Virus record (IMG/VR): IMGVR_UViG_3300026516_000178
Length of the DNA: 64,000 nucleotides
Reading direction: 5' to 3' (one strand)
Origin: a virus
Shown here: one piece after another, positions 57,498 through 64,000 of the stretch
Position numbering within the stretch: the stretch's first letter is position 1
How the letters are laid out: the number at the start of each line of letters is the position of its first letter
Program-made: the position numbers and the translations under genes
The notes under the pieces: model-generated
What the model saw: the letters and a program-made list of their open reading frames with translations, nothing else
The model's database searches: none
What the model was told of the DNA's origin: nothing

Positions 57498-58021
57498 AGG
57501 TCTTCACCCTTGGTGGCCTGCTCCCGCTTCTCGCCGGTCTCCTCGTCCTCAGCCGTTTCCAGCTTCTCCGGCATCCACTCCCGCACCCACCACAGCGGGA
57601 TGTACAGGCGCAGCATGTCGTACCACAGCGGGTTGGCCGCCAGGACCGCCGCCATCCACTCGTCGGTGATCTCGGTGGGCAGCAGCTCGTTCCATGCCTT
57701 AGCGAAGGCATCGCGAGAAACCTCCTCGCTGGCCTTCTTGCGCACCGGGAAGATCGGCTCGCCGTTCTTCTCCAGCCCCACCGCCTCGATGTGGGTCAGC
57801 CAGCAGGCCGTGAACTTGACCAGCTCCCAGTGGACCGTCTGGCGCTGCTCCACCGCGCCGGCGCGGTAGACCAGGGTGGCGTCAGACAGCGTCTGCTCCA
57901 TGATCGCGTTGGCGCCCGGCCGCACCTTGCCGATGCGCAAAGAGACCTTGGCGTCCGCGGGGATCGCCTTCTTGAAGGTGTGCGACACCTCCGTCACCTG
58001 TTTGGAAACATCCCATGCCAT
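57476..58021 (-). CDS. Tail assembly chaperone (gpG-like)
   Basis: Upstream of tape measure; acidic tail ending LGE at CTG GGG GAA. Confidence 0.7.
   Translation of the reverse strand: MAWDVSKQVTEVSHTFKKAIPADAKVSLRIGKVRPGANAIMEQTLSDATLVYRAGAVEQRQTVHWELVKFTACWLTHIEAVGLEKNGEPIFPVRKKASEEVSRDAFAKAWNELLPTEITDEWMAAVLAANPLWYDMLRLYIPLWWVREWMPEKLETAEDEETGEKREQATKGEDLGEDSGA
57491..57497 (-). promoter_or_regulatory. Programmed -1 ribosomal frameshift slippery site GGGGGAA
   Basis: In-frame G GGG GAA five codons before the stop; -1 frame open into the next ORF. Confidence 0.75.
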
Positions 58022-58048
58022 CGTTCGTTCCCCCTTCGTTCGTGTGAG

Positions 58049-58204
58049 TTATCGATTGCTCCACATCTGCATGCAACCGCACCGATACCATTTGCCGCCA
58101 TTAAGCTTATCTCGCTGAACAAACTTCATTCGTTTCCCACAAACCGAGCAGGGCTTCCTACGAAGTCTAAAAGCGGTCATCCAGCGAGAGATGAGAGCGA
58201 TCAT
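58049..58204 (-). CDS. Small zinc-ribbon protein (51 aa; not in ORF track)
   Basis: Own translation MIALISRW...CSVCG...YRCGC; AAGGAG RBS. Confidence 0.5.
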   Translation of the reverse strand: MIALISRWMTAFRLRRKPCSVCGKRMKFVQRDKLNGGKWYRCGCMQMWSNR

Positions 58205-58239
58205 TATGTTCGGTCTCCTTCGTTCGTATTAGTAGCCGG

Positions 58240-58383
58240 CTACTGCCGGTTCTTGCGCTTTTCCAACAACTCGCTTGCCTTGCCGGCCAGCACGTACAAA
58301 CCCACGGCGCTTGCCAACAAGAGCGCACAAGTCAAGCCTACAAGGTCGCCAAGATTGATCACCAAGTGAACAGGCGGGTTCAT
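58240..58383 (-). CDS. Small single-TM protein (47 aa; not in ORF track)
   Basis: Own translation MNPPVHL...CALLLASAVGLYVLAGK...KRKNRQ. Confidence 0.45.
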   Translation of the reverse strand: MNPPVHLVINLGDLVGLTCALLLASAVGLYVLAGKASELLEKRKNRQ

Positions 58384-58435
58384 CGCTGCCTCGCTCTCCC
58401 TCGCTCGGTTGGTTGGTCGACAGCTAAGTGCGGCC

Positions 58436-58567
58436 CTACTTGCGCCGATAGGCCCGGTCGTACCAGTAGCCTACGATGGCATCCATGATGAGCCACGTCA
58501 CGCAGGCCGCCAGAAACATGGCAACCGATCCTACCAGAACCTCAACTCCTTCAGAAATGTGAAGCAT
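58436..58567 (-). CDS. Small single-TM protein
   Basis: MLHISEG...VAMFLAACVTWLIM...RRK. Confidence 0.45.
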   Translation of the reverse strand: MLHISEGVEVLVGSVAMFLAACVTWLIMDAIVGYWYDRAYRRK

Positions 58568-58581
58568 AGATCTTCGCCTTG

Positions 58582-59043
58582 CTACTCCACCGCTTCCGTC
58601 ACCGCGTCCTCGAACTGACAGCCGCACAGCCAGCCCTTGATCCAACCCGACCTGTCATGGGTCTCGATGCGCGTCCAGATCATCTCCTCGGCGCAGTAGG
58701 GACACAGCGGCGCGCCGTTCTCGCCGGCAGGAACCGTGTAGGCATAGTTCCTTGTGGTGGGCGCCTCACCGGCATAGCCGTCCAGGACGAAAACCCGGAA
58801 GTAGGCCATCACCTTCTCCATCTCGGTGATCGTCACGGCGTAGTGCCGGTCTGCAGGCGAGCGATCGCCAGGCCGCATCTCAAGCAGCATCTCGTGCGCG
58901 TTCTGCAAGGCCAACCAGACGCTCTTGTTGCTGTTGCGCCGGACAAAGGCCTTGATGTCCAACGGCAACTCATGAGCCATCTCTACAGCAAGAGCAGCAA
59001 TCTGCCCGCTGGAAGCTGTTACTTGTCCTGTTACGGTCGTCAT
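58582..59043 (-). CDS. Hypothetical protein with C-terminal zinc ribbon
   Basis: AAGGAG RBS; CPYC...WLCGC. Confidence 0.6.
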   Translation of the reverse strand: MTTVTGQVTASSGQIAALAVEMAHELPLDIKAFVRRNSNKSVWLALQNAHEMLLEMRPGDRSPADRHYAVTITEMEKVMAYFRVFVLDGYAGEAPTTRNYAYTVPAGENGAPLCPYCAEEMIWTRIETHDRSGWIKGWLCGCQFEDAVTEAVE

Positions 59044-59121
59044 CGTGCGCGTCTCCTTCGTTCGTATGCTGGCCTCGCAAGTGCGAAGCCGTTACTCCGT
59101 CTGCGCCTGGCAGATAAGCTG

Positions 59122-59463
59122 CTATGCGCCCAACGTCCACTCAGGCACGTTGGGCACCTCAAAGGTCAATGTCCCCACGGGGACGCACTCCATCTTGTAC
59201 GGCACCGGAACCCGGTTCCGAGGCGACAAGGGCTTGATCTCGTCTGAAGGCGGCAGCATGACCACCACACGGCCGGCTTCATCGGTAACGAAGCGCTGTA
59301 CCCGATCCAGCATGCGACCCTGCCAGGCGCAGGCCCCAGGCAACGAAATGACCACGTCCACCCCTCCCCGTTCGGTGTGCAGCTGGATCGTCACCTTCAC
59401 ACCGCCCAGCCCTTGGTTATGGACCGTCTCTTCAACGACTGGCTTGGTCCTGACTTTTGTCAT
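59122..59463 (-). CDS. Hypothetical beta-rich (Ig-like) protein
   Basis: GLGGVKVTI...FVTDEAG pattern. Confidence 0.5.
   Translation of the reverse strand: MTKVRTKPVVEETVHNQGLGGVKVTIQLHTERGGVDVVISLPGACAWQGRMLDRVQRFVTDEAGRVVVMLPPSDEIKPLSPRNRVPVPYKMECVPVGTLTFEVPNVPEWTLGA
59206..59220. repeat. Empty 15-bp palindrome CGGAACCCGGTTCCG (intragenic)
   Basis: Exact match to the repeat arms. Confidence 0.75.
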
Positions 59464-59473
59464 GAGACACCCA

Positions 59474-60298
59474 TCATTGCGTTTGGCTGACGATCTGTCC
59501 CAACAGCACCCAGGGCAGATCAGGGATTTCTTCAGCGATCACAGTCATTTTGCTGTCAGACGTTTCGCTATCCAGCACGAAAACATACGGCACATCGCTG
59601 CCGCCTACTCCCTCGCGGGCGGAAGACCGCCAGCACTGATGAAACACCAACCCAAAGGGATTGGTGATCTGCACTTTCGACGAGGCCTTTCCTTGATCCA
59701 GATGCGTCCCGCCAACCAGCGAAAACGCCACGTCCTGTGCCAGCATGGCCTCAACCCTGATGCCAACGCGCGGCTCGAAATCCAGGTCGCCGCTTACACT
59801 GGTGACCACCGTGCAGTGCGTCGAGGGCGCAACGGGTGGAGCCAGATACCACAGATAGGCCGGCGGCGAACTCAAGCCCTGCGGATTTGTGTGCGTGATC
59901 CTGAACAAAACAGCGTGGTAGGAGACAGCAATCCCTGTCACCTGCGCGCTCTCGTGGGCGTGGTAAACCTTTGTGCCTGCTGCATAGCTGCCAAAGCCAG
60001 AGTGCCAGGTAACATCCGTCAGTGAGTTGCTGGTCTTTTCACCCCAGTGGATCAACGCATCGTCGATATAGCCGTAACCACTGCTGGGGAATTCACCAGT
60101 GCTGGCCAGCATCAGCACGGTGTCTTCACGCGACGCGACAGCGGTCAACGCGGCCCAGGGCGACATGTAGGGAGACGAGGCGGCTTGGGCCGCGTTGAGC
60201 GTCACCCAGTTTTGATAGTTGGTCGTGTACTCGATCTTGTACGTCGAACCAGCACCAGCATCAGCAGGCCCTGCCCAGCGTACTGTTACATCAGCCAT
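59474..60298 (-). CDS. Putative virion structural protein (FN3-like N-terminus)
   Basis: VTVRW...YKIEY; STGEFPSSG..IDD motif also present in the hub protein. Confidence 0.55.
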   Translation of the reverse strand: MADVTVRWAGPADAGAGSTYKIEYTTNYQNWVTLNAAQAASSPYMSPWAALTAVASREDTVLMLASTGEFPSSGYGYIDDALIHWGEKTSNSLTDVTWHSGFGSYAAGTKVYHAHESAQVTGIAVSYHAVLFRITHTNPQGLSSPPAYLWYLAPPVAPSTHCTVVTSVSGDLDFEPRVGIRVEAMLAQDVAFSLVGGTHLDQGKASSKVQITNPFGLVFHQCWRSSAREGVGGSDVPYVFVLDSETSDSKMTVIAEEIPDLPWVLLGQIVSQTQ

Positions 60299-60563
60299 AA
60301 GCGATCACTCCTGCTCCAACCGCAAGCGATCTCTTGGCGGCGGTGTCGCCGGCCACCACTGAGGCGGCTTGCTTTGGCAACACCAGTCCCGCTATGGCCG
60401 ATCTGGCCAATCTGTCACCAGCCGATCCTGTTGTGGGTGAAAAAGCCAACGCCTCACCAGCAACGCCAACGATGACGCGCTGGGCGTAGATCAATAGCGC
60501 GGTGCTGGGTGTTCTGCTCAGTCCTAGCAGCCAAAAAGGAGAGTGGAAAGCGGGAGTACTCAT
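60291..60563 (-). CDS. Hypothetical protein
   Basis: Overlaps both neighbours. Confidence 0.5.
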   Translation of the reverse strand: MSTPAFHSPFWLLGLSRTPSTALLIYAQRVIVGVAGEALAFSPTTGSAGDRLARSAIAGLVLPKQAASVVAGDTAAKRSLAVGAGVIAYG

Positions 60564-61141
60564 GTTGGTATTGGGTCTCCTGGTCCTTCAGTATTTGGCT
60601 GCACACCAACGATGGGCGTCGCCATCGCGTTTGCGGTCAGTGCGGCAGTCCAAGCCGGCGTGCTGTCGTCCTCCTGGTAGACGGTCAGGATGCTTCCCTC
60701 CGCAATCCATTTGTTGCGCATGAAGCGCAGCGCGTTGAGCGTTGACCTGTCCGGCACGGTTCCGGTGATGGCCGTCCAGTCGCGCAGAAGCATCGCATCT
60801 GCGATTTCATCTGCGGTGGGCAGGGCGCTCACGCTGTCTTGCTCCGCAGGCACCACTTCGGCTCTGCCGTTCCACGCCAACCAACCATTGCCGCGCAAAG
60901 GATCATCATTCGACGGGATCTCACCCGCCTGTTCGTAAACGACATACGAATACGAATCGGCCGGCGCCATCGGCATCGCCGCCTGGTAGATACCAGCCAG
61001 GTACTCAGGCAGCGGGATCGCGCAATCAGCCCAGACAGCATTGCCGATCGGGACGAAGTGTGCACCATCGTAATAATTGCCGATGCTATCCAGCAGAATG
61101 GCGTAGACAGGTAGTTGGGGCGCCAGAAACGCTTTGATCAT
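60560..61141 (-). CDS. Hypothetical, probably virion-associated protein
   Basis: GGAGGGAG RBS; 193 aa. Confidence 0.6.
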   Translation of the reverse strand: MIKAFLAPQLPVYAILLDSIGNYYDGAHFVPIGNAVWADCAIPLPEYLAGIYQAAMPMAPADSYSYVVYEQAGEIPSNDDPLRGNGWLAWNGRAEVVPAEQDSVSALPTADEIADAMLLRDWTAITGTVPDRSTLNALRFMRNKWIAEGSILTVYQEDDSTPAWTAALTANAMATPIVGVQPNTEGPGDPIPT

Positions 61142-61190
61142 GGCTCTCCCTCCATGCGATTACTGTACTTTGCGGCGGCAATCAGCTTCT

Positions 61191-61262
61191 GACCGTTGCG
61201 TCGACGGTCCGTTCCTGGCCGTTGCATCGACGGCCAGCTATTGTCCGTTGCACCGACGGACA
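61191..61262. repeat. Three tandem hairpins with conserved core CCGTTGCRYCGACGG and covarying outer stems
   Basis: 61191-61209, 61215-61237, 61242-61262. Confidence 0.9.
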
Positions 61263-61264
61263 GA

Positions 61265-62056
61265 TCATCTGATGTAAACCAAGTGCATGTACCCGCGAAC
61301 CTGAACCGTGTCACGGCTGAGGTATGAACGAGCGCCAGTTGCTTGGTTGAAAACTGCAAAACGATATTCGCCTGGCTTGATAAGGCCGAGAGACCGTTCG
61401 CCCCAGTTCAACCGGTCATACAACACGAAATGGCCATAGTGCTGACGAGCCATATCGGCGGATGTAGTTATTTGACGGTTCGATTCATGTTTACTTTTCC
61501 GCCGTCGCCACACTTCCCAGCGATAGCCGGCTGGCAATTCTAATAGCATGGGCGCAAGACTGGCCTGCGCCAACCATTGGACGCCTTCATCGCCGTACAT
61601 CGCTTTATTCGGGTCGATATAGGAGTGCTCGACATTGACAGGTCCCGTCAGCACAATTCCAGGCGGGTGAAACGGGATGATGTGTTCTTCCCAGTCGACC
61701 CAGAAGCGAGCGATTGTCCCTGTCACGTTTATTCGGACCTTGTTGCACCAATCTGCGGTGCTCGCCTTGGTTGTTTCGCCCGGCACATTCCCATTATCGC
61801 CCAGCTCAGGGTCATGGGCTGCTACTTTTCGCAGCACTTCTATTGCGCCATATGGCGTCGTTCCGATCCTTACGGACACATGGCCGCGACCGGCCTGATA
61901 CCAATGACCAAACGGCAGATAGCCGAGCTCTACCCCGTCCTTGCCCGATCTCACTGTGTACGTATTGGTGACCTCTGCCGTGGACGCCAGGTTGTCCAGC
62001 AAGGCGTTCTGAGCAGATAGCACTTTTTCTCGGCTGTACGGCACAAACATTGACAT
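61265..62056 (-). CDS. Hypothetical protein (lower GC than neighbours)
   Basis: 263-aa ORF co-oriented with the tail operon. Confidence 0.6.
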   Translation of the reverse strand: MSMFVPYSREKVLSAQNALLDNLASTAEVTNTYTVRSGKDGVELGYLPFGHWYQAGRGHVSVRIGTTPYGAIEVLRKVAAHDPELGDNGNVPGETTKASTADWCNKVRINVTGTIARFWVDWEEHIIPFHPPGIVLTGPVNVEHSYIDPNKAMYGDEGVQWLAQASLAPMLLELPAGYRWEVWRRRKSKHESNRQITTSADMARQHYGHFVLYDRLNWGERSLGLIKPGEYRFAVFNQATGARSYLSRDTVQVRGYMHLVYIR

Positions 62057-62060
62057 TTCG

Positions 62061-62291
62061 CTAACCTGATTCGTGTTGGCCGGCCTGGGGACAGGGCTCG
62101 TACCCAGCAGGCCGCTGCCCTGTCCCCAGCCGAATGGTCACCAACCGGTCAGCTGGAACGTACATCGTCAGGCCAGACCGGTCCCACACCCTGTATTGCA
62201 GCGTGTCGCTGCCCATCACAGGGGCAGAACCCGCCCCCTCTCCGAGGAAGATCTCCTCCTCCGGTTCCTTCAGTCGCACGTAGCCTTTCAT
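62061..62291 (-). CDS. Hypothetical protein
   Basis: GAAAGGA RBS, 76 aa. Confidence 0.5.
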   Translation of the reverse strand: MKGYVRLKEPEEEIFLGEGAGSAPVMGSDTLQYRVWDRSGLTMYVPADRLVTIRLGTGQRPAGYEPCPQAGQHESG

Positions 62292-62314
62292 CGTTCGTTC
62301 CTTTCACTGTGACC

Positions 62315-63526
62315 TTAGCTTGGCCAAACGGCGGCGTCGGTCAAGCTGGCGGCAGCCAGCCACAGCCCCCACTGGGCGCCCACCGCATCGGTCACCAGGC
62401 CGGTGACTTTCATCAGCACCTGGCTTTCACCTTGCACCCCGATGGGAGCCGCCATCCAGTGGACGTTCTGGGCGAAGAAGCCCATCGCCCGGGTTCCCGC
62501 CAGATCTGGGAAGCGCGCCCAGAACGGACTCTTGTAGGGCGCCTGGCTCCACTGGGTGCCGCTGACGCCGCCCAGCTTGATCTGGCGGAACAGATCGGGG
62601 TTGTCCCACAGGAAGGTGTAGCTGATCGTGATCTGCCGGCCCAGCAGCGAATAGCCGCCGGGGGCAAACTGCCCGATCATGGTGGTATCCTGCGGTTTGG
62701 TGATGTTGCCCATCAGGTTGATCTGGAGATCACGCACGTTGCGGGTCTCGTCCGAGCTGAGCGCGCCCTGCTTGACATAGCCGCCGCCCGCCATGGGGAT
62801 CGTGTCCACGGGTTTGGCCGACGTGAAGTCCCAACCGTTGGCCGCGTTGGGTAGCCCGGTGAAGGCCTCCAACGCATACTGGTCGTACAGGTCTGAATTG
62901 CCGGCCCCGCCGAGGAAGCTCACCTCCGCGCCGATCGGTCCGGTCGCAGCCGACGACAGGCTGATACTGGCCACCTTGCTGTTGTGGAAGGTCTCGCCGA
63001 TGTAGCCGCTCTGCGTCGGGATCAGCCGGCGCAGGGTCAGCCACTTGTTGTCGCCGTCGCCCTGTTCCGAGCCGAACAGCACAGTCCCGCTGGCGCCGGG
63101 GAAGATGATCGCTTCATGCGCGCCCGCGAGGCCGGTCATGTTGGCTACCGTCGTGGCCGTGCCCAAGACACCGGCTGGCAATGTCGCGGGCGTGATCACC
63201 AGGGTGCTGGCGACCTTGGCCGCGCTGCCGGCGAAGACCCAGAACAACGACACCAGGCCGTTAGCCTTGGTGGCGTTGACTGCCAGCCGCGGCCGCATGG
63301 CCAGCTGGCCGCCCGACCAGTAGGAGCTCTTGTAGGTGCCGGGCGGCAGGATCGAGCCGCCCACCTCAGGCTCGTAGGGCCGCTGGTCGTCCTGCAGACT
63401 GAGATCGCCCGCCAGGACCTTGTGCCAGGTCATGCCGTTGGCGTTGTATTCACCAGCCGCCGGCAGGTCGTCCTGGGCCACTTGCCCCACCCAGCCGAAG
63501 GCCGCTTTCATTCCAGATACAGGCAT
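62315..63526 (-). CDS. Major tail (tube) protein
   Basis: Beta-rich Gly/Ala/Thr protein upstream of chaperones; KVASISLS and GRQITISYTF tube-like strands. Confidence 0.65.
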   Translation of the reverse strand: MPVSGMKAAFGWVGQVAQDDLPAAGEYNANGMTWHKVLAGDLSLQDDQRPYEPEVGGSILPPGTYKSSYWSGGQLAMRPRLAVNATKANGLVSLFWVFAGSAAKVASTLVITPATLPAGVLGTATTVANMTGLAGAHEAIIFPGASGTVLFGSEQGDGDNKWLTLRRLIPTQSGYIGETFHNSKVASISLSSAATGPIGAEVSFLGGAGNSDLYDQYALEAFTGLPNAANGWDFTSAKPVDTIPMAGGGYVKQGALSSDETRNVRDLQINLMGNITKPQDTTMIGQFAPGGYSLLGRQITISYTFLWDNPDLFRQIKLGGVSGTQWSQAPYKSPFWARFPDLAGTRAMGFFAQNVHWMAAPIGVQGESQVLMKVTGLVTDAVGAQWGLWLAAASLTDAAVWPS

Positions 63527-63547
63527 AGTTGTGTCCCCCTGTTTTCG

Positions 63548-64000
63548 CTAGGGCCGCACCGTCTCCACCGAGAAGTAGACCCAGAAGTCCCAGATGTGCG
63601 CCTTTGGGCCGCCTCGCTCCTCCGCGCTGGAGGCGTTCAAGAGCAGGCGGAAAGCCCGCTCTCCGAAATCGTCCTCCAGGCCCAGCACGATCTCCGGCTG
63701 CAAGGCTTGCTCTACCAGCCCGCGCACCGTGTTGGCCAGCTCATTAGCGGTGGCCCGATCCTCCTTGGTGCGGGTGAAGAAGATCGACCCCTCCACCGTG
63801 AAGCGCCTGAGCCAGGTGCGGCCTCCCCCCACCTCCCCGATGGCCATGGTCTCCCCCCGGTCGTAGGCCATCACGCCGCTGCCTGAACGCACATAGCGAC
63901 CGCCCACTGCCTCATCCACCCACTTGGTGTCGCGCGGCTTGCCGATATGCACCATCAGGTTGATGGCCGGTCGCTCCGGGTCAGCCTGCAGGCGCCCCAC
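63548..64000 (-). CDS. Tail terminator/completion-like protein (5' end outside window)
   Basis: Synteny immediately upstream of the tail tube. Confidence 0.45.
   Translation of the reverse strand: MGRLQADPERPAINLMVHIGKPRDTKWVDEAVGGRYVRSGSGVMAYDRGETMAIGEVGGGRTWLRRFTVEGSIFFTRTKEDRATANELANTVRGLVEQALQPEIVLGLEDDFGERAFRLLLNASSAEERGGPKAHIWDFWVYFSVETVRP

Larger units (their letters stand above)
1..64000. mobile_element. Prophage or phage genome segment (siphovirus-like tail module plus replication/early module) with an inserted defence cassette; both ends extend beyond the window
   Basis: Dense small ORFs, replication initiator, DnaB, tail tube/chaperone/tape-measure/hub/fibre gene order and lysins; no host housekeeping genes. 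Confidence 0.85.

Overview
The window reads as a large piece of a GC-rich (about 65% by eye) long-tailed (pro)phage, probably infecting Chloroflexota (inferred from protein style, not verified). It has two convergent arms. The + strand arm (1-19.2 kb) carries many small Zn-finger ORFs, a nucleotidyltransferase, a LexA-like HTH protein, a lambda-O-like initiator with internal iterons, RecD2, a ParB-methylase/nuclease pair and a DnaB-DnaC-like fusion. The - strand arm (33-64 kb) carries tail tube, tail chaperones with a GGGGGAA -1 frameshift, tape measure, hub, lysins, fibres, a CHAT protease and a secreted glycoside hydrolase. Between the arms sits a lower-GC 12 kb defence cassette (Dcm, GHKL-histidine kinase, response regulator, Vsr, MORC ATPase, Z1, DUF4420, AIPR) plus gene debris. 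Top finding: the 3064-aa gene in the tape-measure position carries the ordered motifs of a two-barrel RNA polymerase (EGxG, K-x4-G-x-K, RxP, DxDxD), i.e. a likely tape-measure-fused virion RNA polymerase. Second: a dispersed 15-bp palindrome CGGAACCNGGTTCCG occurs with 0, 1 or 2 copies of a 22-23 nt module inserted at its centre. There are also two structured non-coding candidates in the tail operon. All family calls come from motifs read by eye; no database search was run.
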